Positions 14,590 to 29,056 of a stretch of DNA of 64,000 bases are shown here, one piece after another. The stretch comes from the human T2T-CHM13v2.0 reference genome, Homo sapiens. The stretch lies in the NCBI RefSeq assembly GCF_009914755.1, contig NC_060941.1; one strand, 5' to 3'. A program made the position numbers and the translations under genes. How positions within the stretch are numbered: position 1 is the stretch's first letter; each line of letters begins with the position of its first letter. The notes under the pieces were generated by a model. The model had not been told where the DNA came from, did not search any database, and was given only the letters and a program-made list of their open reading frames with translations.

Positions 14590-16390
14590 CGCGACCCAGG
14601 GCTGCTTCCCTGTCTGGTCCTGCCCTGGTTTTCTTTCAGGCCCTTATCTGAAGGCAGGATTGGGGGTGGAGGTGCATGGGTCCCCAAAGTTGTGTAACTT
14701 CACCCCAGGGTCTCCCTGGGCTGCCCGGAGACCCGCAGCCATCAGTGAGTCCCTTCAGTTGAGGTGGGGGGCAGGCTGCAATCATAGCACCCCAGCTTAT
14801 TCATCCTCAAAGGCAGGCTGGGGTCCTGTTCCCTGTGGTTTTCCCAGGGCTGCTGGCAGGGTCTTTATTCCATAGGTGCCCCTGGAATGTTGCTTGAGTG
14901 GATACATGGATGGCTGAAGCCATTTTAACTTGAATCCACTCCAAATGGCCCCCAGCTGCCTTGGGGGACATTGAACCCCAGGATGGGGTTCTGGCAGAGG
15001 GAGATGCAGATGAGGTGTGTTAGGGGGCTTCAGGTTCTGGGCTGAAGGGGGTAGACACCTTTCTCATAGCAGGGTTGTTGGATCCTGGCAGGCAGCCCAG
15101 GTCCCCAGCTCTAAATACAACTCCTTCACTCCCCTGGCCTCTTCTCCAGGGACTAGAGACATGAGTGGGGGAAGTCCGTCCTTGTCCTCAGACTGGGAGG
15201 ACAAATAGCTGATTTCCCCTGGGATCTCCCTGAGCATGGGACAGCACCTCTCCTGTGCCATGGCCGTGGCTGTTGTCTCCAGAGCCACCTGACTTCCTCT
15301 GAGGGACCCCAAGATCTGAGCCCCACCCCCAGGCTTGGTGGAATTCCGTGAGGCGTCCCTCTGCGCTAAGGAAAGTGTCCCTTGCGCGGTCTTGCCTACT
15401 GAATCATGTCTCCTGTCCTTCCTGCTGGGGGTGTGGTCTTCGAGTCTCTCCTTGGAGCTCCCAAGCCCCTCTCTGCTTTGGGGTTCTCCTCTTCTCTGCC
15501 CAAATCTCTAACAGCTTCCTTTAAATATGGGCTGGGAATTTTGTTGTGCTTTTTATTTCCTTCTGCAATTATATGTTTTCTTTAATGGACCAAATTTTAA
15601 TTAAATACTGCTCTGCCAGTTTCAAATAATGAAGATTAAAATGCATAAAGCAAGTCTTGCATAAAGACACAAACAAGCATGGAACTTGAGGGCGGGGAGT
15701 GGAGGGGCAAGGCCCGGAGGTCTCTGGCATGACGTGGGGCTCTCTCCAGGGAGCCTGACTCCACACAAGATGGGGTTCCTCACCCTGATCTGGGGTTGGT
15801 GGGAGGGCGCCCCTCTCAGCTCTACCAGTTCATCAAGTCCTCTGATAGGTTCAAGTTCCCAGAAGAGCCCCAAGGCTGTGCTGGTGAGCTCAGCTTGCCT
15901 GTTTGGGGCCTAGGATTGATGAGGGAAGCAGCAGGACCCTGGGTCTGGACTTGAGGAAGGAAGGGTTCTGTGCCTTGTTCCCTGCTGTCCCCCTGGGGTT
16001 ACCCCAGAGCCTGGCTCCTGCTGGATAATCAATAACTACATGTTGAAGGCAGGAACAGGAGTCCTGTTCTGACCAGCCCTCCCTCCCACCCAGTGTGACA
16101 GCACACACACCTATATGACACCCCTTGCACAGGTATGAGGACACCCTGGCCAGTCCGTGGTGCAGGCTGATGACCCTGGGCGTGCCTGCCTAGGGGAGAT
16201 GTGTGTTGGGGGGAGCCTGGGCATGGGCCGTGTGGCTCTGCCCTGGACATCTTACCATCTAGTGGTGGAAGTGGAGGGGGGTGTTCAAACAAGCTCATGA
16301 CTGCTGCAGCAAGGCCTCTGCACACTGCACCAAGGCTGGCCTGAGTGATTGATGGGGTCTGGCTGGCCTCAGGCCCTGCTGTGTCCATCA

Positions 16391-16568
16391 CTGGTTCTCA
16401 AACTTTAGCATGCAGTGGAATCTTCAGGAGACTTTGCTAAAACAGCTTGCTTGCTCCACCCCAGAGTATCTGATTCAGTAATTTGGGGTCTGGGCCCGGC
16501 ATTGGCATTTCTAAGGAGTCTCAGGTGATGCTGACTGCTCGTCTGGGGACTGCACTTTCAGGACTGCA
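16391..16568. mobile_element. MER5A (hAT-Charlie)
   Basis: ggttctcaaactttagcatgca...tctgattcagta...catttctaa...caggtgatgctga. Confidence 0.7.
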
Positions 16569-16767
16569 GCTGTTAATGAACCAGCTCTGCCTGGAGGCTA
16601 GAGCCCGCCTGCCTCATGCCTAAGTGTGCGTCATTCTGCCTTGTGGTTTCTCGTGTGGCTCGAGGCCAGCATCTTGTAGTTGAGCTCTCTTTATCCTATA
16701 GTGGGGGGGCCCTCCTGGGTCTGGAGCTCAGCCCCCATCCTTTCATTCTCCCTTGCTTCCTTCACTC

Positions 16768-16868
16768 ATGCACTCATTCGTAAAACATTTGTGCAGCCGG
16801 TACGTGGTGGAGCGTCAGGGCACGATGGCCCTTCCTGCCCTCCTGACCCGCCTCCTTCCTCTCCGCAG
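16768..16868 (+). CDS. MGAT5B: Alternative N-terminus (MHSFVKHLCSRYVVERQGT-MALPALLTRLLPLRR) of a 5'-extended exon 2 / alternative first exon
   Basis: ATGs at 16768 and 16825 (cacgATGG, good Kozak) are in frame and open into exon 2. Matches my recollection of an alternative MGAT5B N-terminal isoform. Confidence 0.7.
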
Positions 16869-16981
16869 GCTTTTTGTCCTGGGCATCGGCTTCTTCACTC
16901 TCTGCTTCCTGATGACGTCTCTGGGAGGCCAGTTCTCGGCCCGGCGCCTGGGGGACTCGCCATTCACCATCCGCACAGAAG
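16869..16981 (+). CDS. MGAT5B: MGAT5B coding exon 2 (LFVLGIGFFTLCFLMTSLGGQFSARRLGDSPFTIRTE), type II transmembrane anchor
   Basis: Acceptor cttcctctccgcag|G; CG+G=Arg keeps frame with exon 1. Hydrophobic signal-anchor. Donor AAG|gtacct; 113 nt. Confidence 0.96.
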
Positions 16982-18936
16982 GTACCTTGGTGGGGCAAGG
17001 GGAGTGTGAGATGAGTGAGGGCGTTTGTGGGTCAAAGAGGAAGTGCCTCTGAGCCTAGCCCTGTACCTGGCTTTCTGGCCGCCCTGTAGGTGGATGTGAG
17101 TGGAGGGGGCCTGGGCTTGGGCCGTATGACCCTCCATGCACTTTGGCTCTGGTCTGGCTGTGGTCATCAGGTTTCCTCTGGCCTGGATTCTCAGGCCAGG
17201 CTAGGGCCTTTAAGCCAGGGTCTTCCAGGCCTCAGAAGAGGCTGCCAGTGTTGCTTCTTTAGTTGGGTGTCAGGGGTGAGAGGTCTCTGGATATGACACT
17301 TGTCTCCTTGAGGCACACATTTCCTTGCCTTTGGCCCAGGCTGTGGCCATGTGGGAACGGGCCTGGCCATGGGCTTAAATGTCTTATCTCTGAGCTCTTG
17401 GGACACAGCTCCCTCCCAGGCCCCATCACTCCTTGCCCACACGATATTTGCAAGGCAGTGGAATGGAGATCAGAGCATGGGCTTTGGGCGTCTGGTGGGT
17501 CTGGGCTTGCATCCTTGTCATCACCTACCAGCTGTGTGCCTTTGGCTGAGTCACCTGGCTTCCCTACAGAGAAGGACAGCAGTGACCTTCTGCAGAGGTT
17601 GGATTGAAGGGGCTCACACGTGGACATTACCCAGCATGGTTGGTGCCACATGGCACAAGAGTGACCAGCTGGGAGCCCTCCTCCTGAAGCTGGGCCCAGC
17701 CCCACCTCATCTCACCTAAGGAGGGGTGGGGGTCAGAACTGAGCCCTGCTCACTGTATCATGGGGGTTCTTTTGGTCACTGGTCAAAAGGAGGGACATGG
17801 GGTAGTGGGGAAACTGAGGCAAGTAGGTTTCTGGAACTGTTCGAGGGTTGGCTCTGTGAGATTCCCCTGCCCCTCTGGGGAAGTCTCTCCTTGAAGTCCA
17901 CCTTCTTGAACTTGCAGGGCTTGGCTTTCTGGCTCCCCTGTTCTGAGTGATGAATATTGTAGACATCCCAAGTTAAATAGGTTGTCATCTGGGTGGGTGC
18001 TGAGGGGCTCTTATTATGCCATCTGTCATCTCATCATTAGATTCATTCCTCTGGTTTCACATGCACTTCTTTAAACTTGCAAAAGCCCTCAGAAGGAATC
18101 TCACGCTTATTAGTCATTCAAGCCTGAGTGTAAGTTAATTTATCCCGTCTCTGACTTGCAGAGATTCCTCAATCTCTGAGCCTCCAAATTTTCCTCTGGT
18201 AAATGGGGATGGTAATACCCACTTCCCAGGCTCGTTGCGAGGCTGTGCAAAGATAAAGCAAGGGAAGGGGCCTCAGCAGCATCTGTCAAACGGCGAGCAC
18301 TCCATCAATACTTAATGGATGTGTCGAGTCTGAAATGGGGGCACTGCAGCAAAGCGTGTTTATGAAAGAGGACCAAGGAGGTGCTGGAGTGTCTGTGTGG
18401 GAGAGGCTGAGGATTGAGGTGGGTGGGGATGGGAGGGAGCAGTCGTGAAGGTGAACCGGAAGGGTGGCTTGGGGAAGGGCTGGTGGGAAAAGTGGTGCAT
18501 GGGAAGATGGGGTGTAGACAGAGATTCATAAACTACCTGGCTGCCACCCCTGGAAAGGAGGTGTGCCTATCTGGGTGGGCTGCTACAGAGGCCTTGAGGA
18601 AGTTGAACCTCCAGAAAGGTCAGGGGTCTAAGAGGTGGGAATTAGGGATGGGGGAGAGGAGGGGTTTTTGGCCGGGCTCTGGTTTTTATGCCTATCTCCC
18701 TAAGGGGGTTAGAGAGTCAAGGTAACTCACCTACCCCATGGCTCTTGCCCCATCTGGGCAGGATCAGACTCAGTGCCCCAGAGTGCAAGGGGTGTAGGAG
18801 CCCTGCTGTGCTCGGTGCTATGCAGTTTTGCCTGGGTATGGGGGTGGGGGTCCAACCCCAGCTGCAGGTCTGGGTCTAAAGATGGATGGAACCACATAGG
18901 AGAGCACTTGCCCAAGGTCATACAATTGGACTAGAG

Positions 18937-18995
18937 GTGTGTGTGCATTCGTGTGTACATGTGCATGTGTGTGCATGTGTGTGTGCGTGTACGTG
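18937..18995 (+). repeat. Degenerate (TG)n tract in intron 2
   Basis: gtgtgtgtgcattcgtgtgtacatgtgcatgtgtgtgcatgtgtgtgtgcgtgtacgtg. Confidence 0.85.
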
Positions 18996-19210
18996 GTCTT
19001 AAACTTTTTAATGGGGTATCATATACACAAATGAACAATCCATGCAACTAACAACCCAGAGCAAGGACCAGAACGTGATCAGTCCCCAAGTGTCCCCATG
19101 CCACTTCACAGTCATTACTCACCCAAGGATAGTCACGACTTGACTTCTGATCACATAGAAGAGTTCTGCCTGTTTTTTGGACTTTGTGAGCATGGAATCG
19201 TTTCAGGAGT

Positions 19211-19587
19211 TGATATGGTTTGGCTGTATCCCCACCCAAATCTCATCTTGAATCGTAGTTCCCATAATCTCCACCTCTTGTGGGATAGACCCTGTGGGAG
19301 GTAATTGATTCATGGGGGTGGTTTACCTTGGTGCTGTTCTTGTGATGGTCAGTGAGTTCCCACAAGATCTGATGGTTTTATAAGGGGCTTTTTCCCTTTT
19401 GCTCGGTACTTCCCCTTCCTGCTGCCATGTGAAGAAGGACATGTTTGCTTCCCCTTCCACCATGATTGTAAGTTTCCTGAGGCCTCCCCAGCCATGCTGG
19501 ACTCTGAGTCAATTCAACCTTTTTCATCTATAAATTACCCAGTCTCAGGTATGTCTTTAGTAGCAACGTTGAGAATGAACTAATAGA
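19211..19587 (+). mobile_element. THE1 (MaLR) solo LTR inserted in an old antisense L1 fragment (~19000-19880)
   Basis: tgatatggtttggctgtatccccacccaaatctcatcttgaat...ataaattacccagtctcaggtatgtc; 5-bp TSD ggagt. Confidence 0.88.
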
Positions 19588-21061
19588 GGAGTAGTCTTTT
19601 GTGTGTGTCTTTTCTCTCAGTAGTACATGTGTGAGACTCACTATCTTGTATGCGGTTGTAGTCACTTGCACTTTTTTTTTTTTTTTTTTTTTTTTTGCTG
19701 TGTAGCCTTCCATTGTGTGAGTACACCACCATATTTTTATCCATCCGACCATTGGTGGGCATTTGGTCGTTTCCAGTTTTGGGCTTTTGCGAACAGTGCT
19801 GCTATGAATATTTCAGTGCACGTCTTTTGGTAAACATACGTAGGCATTTCTGTTGGGTATACCTAGGAGTGGAGATTCTACGTGTTGTAACATTAGTTCT
19901 CAGACCAAGTTTATCCAAGCCAGTCTTTTCACATTTCCCAGGCCTCAGAAGCTGAGTGCCTGGAATACAGAACTGAAGTCCGGGAGAAGGAGGAGACAGA
20001 CAAGAAAAGGGCCGCTGAGAACCCAGGAGAGCTGACCCTGATTCACTTTAGATCCCGACTCGCATTGTCCTCCATGATTTCTTTCATACCCTTGGATCAA
20101 GCTAATCTGCTTGGGCAGACCCAAGGCAGGGACTCAGGCCGGGAAAGCAGTGTGCAATGTGGGTTTAACATCCTGATCCTGCAAGAGAAGCCCCTCAAAC
20201 TACATCCCCACGCAGTGCCTGGGGCAGCCCTGCAGAAAACCTAGGAGGTACCAGCATTTCCACTTAGGAGATGCCTGAGGGAAGGATTAGGGCTTCACGG
20301 GGAGGTGCTTGGCAAATTGCTTGGCTGAATCAGGCCTGGGGAGGGATCTTGGAAGTCCTGGGCCAAGGTTGGATTGTTGGATAATGCACGTTTTGTTACC
20401 CAAAAGAAATCTGCGGAGTCTAGACAACCCCAGAGCAGAATCAGGAGAAGGAAACCCTCTAAGGCCCTGCTATTTAGAAAAAAAAAAAAAAAATTGCATT
20501 GGTCAACAAAACAATCTGTGTACAAATGGGAAAAACAATCTCTCCTCCCCTGTCAAACCGGTGACAGAAGTGGGGTCCCACATGGACTGTGGCTGCGAAG
20601 GGAGAGGGAGGAGAAGGCTTTTCTCGAAAAGAAGAGGAGGGCGTCATTCAGCCTCTTGTGGACTGTGGTCTATGTGTGGGGCCTCCAAATTCTCCTCTGT
20701 GCCTGTTTATACTTCATGATAAACTGCGTACTTTGGGGATGAAATGTGACTGACATCTCATTCTGTATTCTGCACACTCATCTTAAAGATTCAAGAGAGG
20801 AGGCTGCATGGGGAATCATGACCCGGAGGAGATCTGACTTCTTTCCCTCTTGCTGCATTTGGGCTGGGCCTGGGCTCTGGGGAGGGCTTTCCGGCATTGC
20901 CCCCTCCCAGGCAGCTCTGCCCCACTTCCCACCCCAGGTCCTCCTCCTGTTTCCTGCCCTTCCAGCCCTTCTCGCCTAGGCCTCCTTCCCCATGTGGCTG
21001 CAGATAGTGCTGTGAGGCTGTTTCCTGCCCTCTGACTTGTCTTGAAGAAGCAGTGGTAGGA

Positions 21062-21494
<433 letters not shown>

Positions 21495-22469
21495 CTACCT
21501 GGCTCTGTGGATGGCTCTGGCTCTGGCTCTGGCCCTTGGTACTAAGGGGCCCTGGGGCTCTTCTCTCAGGCTTGATGGATGGGGGACCGGGGCCCGGAGG
21601 TCTGAGGAAGAGCCTGGTGTGGCCTCCCACGGCCTGTCCTTGTCTTCTCTGCTGCCCGGAGCCCAGAGCTCCCGTGGCCTCAGCTGGTTTCTGCGGTGAG
21701 CGAGTACAGAGAGATAAATGTGCGCATTTCTCCAGCTGCACGAACACCCAGTCACAGTTCCCTTCTCAGTGCCAGGGAGGTCTCTGCTTTCTGGAGAGAT
21801 GGGGGCTCATTCAATTTCCAATGGTAAAGGGTGGGGATGGGGACAAGAAAAGGGGGACGAAGGAGGATGAGAGAGACAGAGAGAGACGAAGAGCGTCTGG
21901 GGAGGAGACGGGGCCTCGGTGGGTAATAAACACATCCCGTCTGTAAATGAGAGGATCTATTTGTATCTCCCAGCGTCCCAGCTTTCCTTATTTATATGGA
22001 AATATGGAGGGAACGTGTGCCTGTTCTGAGTTGTATCACTGGGGCCTCACATTAGATATATTTCAATTTAGCTGATGCCAAGAGTGGTGAAGTGACTCTG
22101 GGGAAGCGATGTCAGCTTGCTCTGCTGACAGTCCCGGGGCCAGTGGTGGCTTTTAGGGGAGTGGGTCACTGGGGGAGAGTCGGCCTGACCTGCTTCCCTC
22201 CTGGGTACCCACCCCCTGCCTAGTCTTTGGGCATTTCCAGAGCACAAAATGTGCCTGGTACCCCGAGGGCTCATTGGGAAGGGGTAGGGGCTGTCTCCCC
22301 AGGTCTCAGGGGTTTCTGGAGTTCCATGCCATCTGCAGAAGATGGGAGCAGCTCCTGAGCCCCTGGCACGGGGGGACTTGGTCCAGTCTGATGGGGTGGG
22401 GCTTGAAGAACTACAGAAGGGGCATCTGGTTCCGCAGGCATGGTCATCGTGAAACCCAGGCTGCAATGA

Positions 22470-22793
<324 letters not shown>

Positions 22794-25700
22794 TGCTGCC
22801 AGTTTTTATAGGAGCGTTTCTTTCTTTTCCCATTTCTCTAATCTCCGGAGGCAATTAGGGGAAGACACAGAAACAGAAGTCAGGGCGATAGAGACTCAGA
22901 GCTCAATGAGCCCAGCCCCCTCATTTTACATGAGGGTAAATTGAGGCCAAGAGAAGGACGGTGACCTGCTCACCTGTCTGGTCCGCAGCAGAGCGGGCCT
23001 GGAGTCCAGGCTTCTGCCCCATCCCCCTTGACTGGGCCCATGCCACCATGCTGCTGCTGCAGCCTCCACTTTGTTGACTTTCAGGGGCCTCTGCAGCTCT
23101 AGGCCAGCCCTCATAGTTTTTGGCCCATCATCTGTTTTTCAGCCTGCTCAATGGGACTGGGAGCGTGGGGTGTGGGTAGGGAGCTGTGACCGTGAGGTTT
23201 CTGGGAGGGGGCTCAGGCGATAGGCAGGGGCAGAGGAAGCTTGGGGTGGGCTTGGAGAGTGGGACCAGTAGTGCAGCAGGCAGGGTGCCAGGCCTAAGGC
23301 GCTCCAGGGAACACAGCGTCACCCCAAAAGCCACGCTGTGGGCTCAGCACCACTGGGGTGCTGCGTCTGCAGGAACGAGCTGCTGACCAGGCTCTGTGGT
23401 CAGTCAGGCCTGAGTGCTCTGGCCACGGCACCGCTATGGTGTCCCAGCTGTGAGACACCTTATGGGATGAAACATTCCTTTTTTCATCTCAGTCCTTTGG
23501 GGAAGGGACTACTCCAGCCCGAGCTATGAGCGACAGCCCACCAGGGCTGCCCAGTGAGGCCACGCAGGCTGTGCGCTGCACGACTCCACGACAGACACCC
23601 TTTAGGCGGCCACAATACCAGTGGTGTCCTGTGGAGTTGTAGAAAGCAGTGGCCAGGCAGGTCATCTGATGTCCTCCAGTTTTTTTAGCTGAAATGATGG
23701 AAATCTCTTCATCTACTCTGTGCTACAAGCACTGGTTGCAAGCTCGGTATTGAATTTGGATGATGGGCTTGGGCAGACATCTCTGAAACGAGAGTGATCT
23801 GAAAAAGTAAACCGTTGCCCCCGCCTCTGGGAAGCTGAAAGAGAGAGGGAGCTATCTATATCCTGTTTTCTCCCACTCCTTTGGAGAAGGACTACTCCAG
23901 CCCAAGTTATGAGCGATGGCTCACCAGGGCTGCCCAGATTAACCGATTGAGTGTGTGAGTGCGTGGGGAGGGCCTGAGAGGCTGGAGAGACCTGAGTTAG
24001 TGTCATCTAACGCTAGTATGAAATTTCCCGGTCCCAGCTGAGTTTTTGAAAATCCACTCTGTTTTCCGTAGAGGGACTTGTGGGGAGGTCCTTTGCTGCT
24101 TCAGCTCTTGGGGTGGGGAGGAAATATGCCCATTTTCTCCAATACCCGACCCCCTCCGTGAGCCTTCCTGGGCATCTCTGCCTCTCTCTCCTCCTTTTCT
24201 TCTGCCCGCCACATCCCCCCTGCTCCCATTCATGCCTGTTCTTCAGAGCCAGGAGCCCTGTGTCTTTAAGGAAATCGCAGCTTCTCCTGTTTTGCAGCCC
24301 TAGCCTGGCCGGCATTTCCAAGGTGTGTGAGTGGTCCCGCCCCAGCTCCTGTGGCCTCCCTTCTGACCTCAGGCGGGTTCACCTGGCAGGGGAGCCCAGC
24401 CAGGGGGTGACTTATATCAGGGTGGGAACGTGGCAGCAGTGGCTGGGCCAGCCAGAGCCAGGGAAGAAGGGCAGAACCAAAGCAGAGGTGTGAGAGCAGC
24501 CCCGGTGATGCAGAAGCCGCTGGCTGCCCCTGCTCCGCCCACTGCCTCTAGCTCCCTCTCTCCTTTCCCTGTTCTGCCTCTTCTCAGTGGCCTCTCTCGT
24601 CACCTTCCTGGTCCTGTGGTCTGCAGACGGGGCCTGTTATTCTTGCCTTGAGACGGGGATGCTGAAGCTCAGAGCCATTCAATGACTGCCCTGGTCACAC
24701 AGGGGTCAGCGGGCAGAGGCCCCAGTCCCCTTGCCCCTCCCCAGGTGGGGAGACTGCAGTGTGTTCTACATGGTCTCAGGGCTCCCCAGCAGGGCTAAGG
24801 TTGGGCGCCCGGGTGGTAATATTCTCGGCAGTGCAGCTTTCCACAGCTTCCCCGTCTCTCTTCCTCACTCTCCTGCTGGGGTTTCCATTAGCTCCCGGTT
24901 AAACTACTCACCCTCAAACCCTTGTCCCAGGCTCTGCTTCTGGGGAGCCCAACCCACGGCATCCTCCATTGGGCCCCTGGACTGGCAGCCTGGGAGCATC
25001 GAAGGTTCATGTTCCCAGGTGACTTGGCTCGTTTTGGGGGAGTGATTTCAAGCCTGATCCATAGGGGTTTGGGAGGAGCTGAGTTGCGGATTTTAGTGCC
25101 TGGAGCCCAGCACCCTATGGACTGTGTGGAGGGGCAATGTGAAGCCTTCAGATTTAATTAAAAAGGAAGGCGAGAACTCGCTCCCGCACACTGGCACGTG
25201 CAGCGCTAATGATCGGGAATGATTAGAAAGGAAGCCGTGGAGGACTGCAGGCTGGCTGATGGGATCTTGGTCGAAGTGCCTCATTTTCATGTAATTTTCT
25301 TCTTCATAAGGTCTCCCCTCCCCAGGCTGGGAGCAGAGGGAAGAGCAGCCGCCTCAGCCCCAGGGAACCTGCCCTTGTCAGTTGATCTTTGGAAATCCAA
25401 AGACCAGCTTGAGATTCAGAACACATGCATTATGGTTTCCAACAGGAGGGTCCAGGGAAGAGGGATGGGGAAGAGATGGAGTTAGGGCCCAGAGGCCGGG
25501 CAGGAGAAGGAGGGCTGGGGAAGCAACAGGGCCCTGGGGCCCTGAACACAGGCTCCCAACTTCCCTGCATGTCCGGATCCATGGGGAGCAAGGAAAGTGC
25601 AGATTCCCGGGCCCCGGGTCCTAGAGAGTTGAATGGGCAAATCTAGACCAAGGCCCAGAAATCTGAATTTTAACAGCCTGGCCAGAAGATTCAGATGCTG

Positions 25701-26169
25701 CTGGGTGATTGGCCACACTTCTAGGAACCCTGATCTAGAAGTCCTGCCTGGAGCTTACCGTTTGGGGGCTCTGGGGCTTCTTTCCCAGTGCTGGGCCTTT
25801 TCTGCCATCTCACGGACATGAGGGTTGTTGGGCCCCAGAGCACCTCAAAGGTTACATCTAAAGTTCCTTTTTATGGTTGACAAAATTGAGGCCCAGAGGG
25901 CTTAGGAAATGATCCCAATGTCACATGGCTAGTGGGCAACGGGGCTGCCCAGGGCTCTGCACTCCGCCACGATGCTGTTCTCTGCACCGCAAAGCAATGC
26001 AGCAAAAGGGTCAGCAGTGCCTGGGAAGATGGAGCTGAGGCTGGGGTCTGGTGTTGGTTGGTGCTGGGGGACTTTGGGGCCAGCTTTGTCTGAGCTGCCC
26101 CAGCTCGGACACCAGGTGGCCTCCAGGCTGCTCGGGCCTCCCCTAACCATACCCACACTCTGCCCACAG

Positions 26170-26317
26170 TGATGGGGGGCCCCGAGTCCCGCGGCGTCCT
26201 GCGCAAGATGAGCGACCTGCTGGAGCTGATGGTGAAGCGCATGGACGCACTGGCCAGGCTGGAGAACAGCAGTGAGCTGCACCGGGCCGGCGGCGACCTG
26301 CACTTTCCCGCAGACAG
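26170..26317 (+). CDS. MGAT5B: MGAT5B coding exon 3 (VMGGPESRGVLRKMSDLLELMVKRMDALARLENSSELHRAGGDLHFPAD-R), stem region
   Basis: Acceptor ctctgcccacag|TG; G+TG=Val. Donor CAG|gtgagg; 148 nt, ends in phase 2. Local CpG enrichment typical of an exon. Confidence 0.96.
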
Positions 26318-26692
26318 GTGAGGGGACGTGGGGAGGAGGCACACGGAGCAGGGGAGCGGTGGCACCTGCCACTCCATCCGGGGTGCTGTCCGTCATCTCC
26401 TTTTGTGAATCTGGAGAAGATTTGGACCACACTGTGGTACAGCCCAGAGTGCATTTCTACCACCCAAATTTAACAACCGTTAACATTTGGTCACATTTGT
26501 GGCCTGTTTTCCTCTTTAAATAAAACGTCACAGATGAAAACTAAAAGGCCTTTTAATGACTTCTCCCTAGAGACAAGTGCCTCCCTGAATTTGCTGTAAG
26601 TTTTTCCAGTCCATTCCGAGCACATTTGCACATATGTTTAACACACACACATTATAAATTCATAGTGTGTGATTTTAACAAATTCCATGTAA

Positions 26693-27313
<621 letters not shown>

Positions 27314-28440
27314 CTTTTTTAAAAAAATCTTTTCATGATGATTTTGAACTCTGTGTTGAGGGGCATGTGTGGATACTATGTACCCCTGGCCATTTTTGCC
27401 AAGTAGAACTTTCTGGTTTATTTCTTCTAAATATTCTCCTGCTTCGGCCAGGATGTCTGAGAGCCCAGAGTCTGTGCTGCTATCCTACAAGCCCCAGGGA
27501 CACATGAGGTGTGACATCCAAATCATGTGTCCTAGGTATATAAGGCATCTCCTGGACCTCAGAGAACAGGAGTGCGGGAGGTCAGGCTGTCCCAACTGGC
27601 CCCTAGAGGTGGATGTGGAAGGAGGGGCTTTGACCCCACCCTATTCCAGGGAGACGAGCTCCACTTTCCCTCTTTTATATATTGGGGTTCTTTGTGAAAT
27701 TGATTTGCTAAATGTATTCTAGCTGCTAAAAATTAAGCTTGAAACGCACTTTTAGACAATTTGCAGAAAAGCTATTTCTCAGCCAGCGTGTGTGATGGAA
27801 AAGCCAAAGCTCTAGGCATTTCTAAAGTACGGAGTTGGGTGAAACAGAAGAAAATGATGACCCACAGGAGGTCACTGTGCCCGTGGGAGGGTTGGAGGGA
27901 TGCCTGCCTGAGTCAGGCCTGAAACACAGTGCGCCCATGTGGACTGGTGTGGGATCCGTTGCCATGTAGCCTGCTGGTGCTGGGCTGCTGGCCATGGGGC
28001 CAACCTCTAACTGGCCTTGCCGATTGAGTGAACGTCCTGGATGCCTGGTAGGCCAGCCTGGTGTGAGCATCATTACCCTCATATTAGCTGACATTTACTC
28101 AAAACACACTAAGCACCTGGCATGGTTCTTACTGCATAAGCTTAAGATAGGTAAGATAAGATAGATCTTACCTACCTCACAACCATCTTATGGTTTAATC
28201 TTTAAAGATTTAATTAAATCTTTACTCTCCCAGAGGAGGAAGCTTTAATCTCCCAGAGGAAGAAACTGAGGCACAGAGAAGTTCAGAAACTCACCCAAAG
28301 TTGCACAGCTGTAAGAGGCTGGACTTGGCTTTGGGTTCAGGCTAACTGGCTCCACAGCCCACATTTCTAAGCACTGTGCTCTTGATGATTGATTCAATAT
28401 GTGGTTATATGTGGTTTGGTTTTTGTCCCTTTCTAAGAGG

Positions 28441-29056
<616 letters not shown>

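Noticed and set aside
11964-14687. Long overlapping ORFs on both strands (468, 338, 334, 323, 256 aa)
   Set aside because: They lie in the CpG island where stop codons are rare, are Arg/Gly/Pro/Ala-rich and low complexity, mostly use non-ATG starts, and show no recognisable domain.
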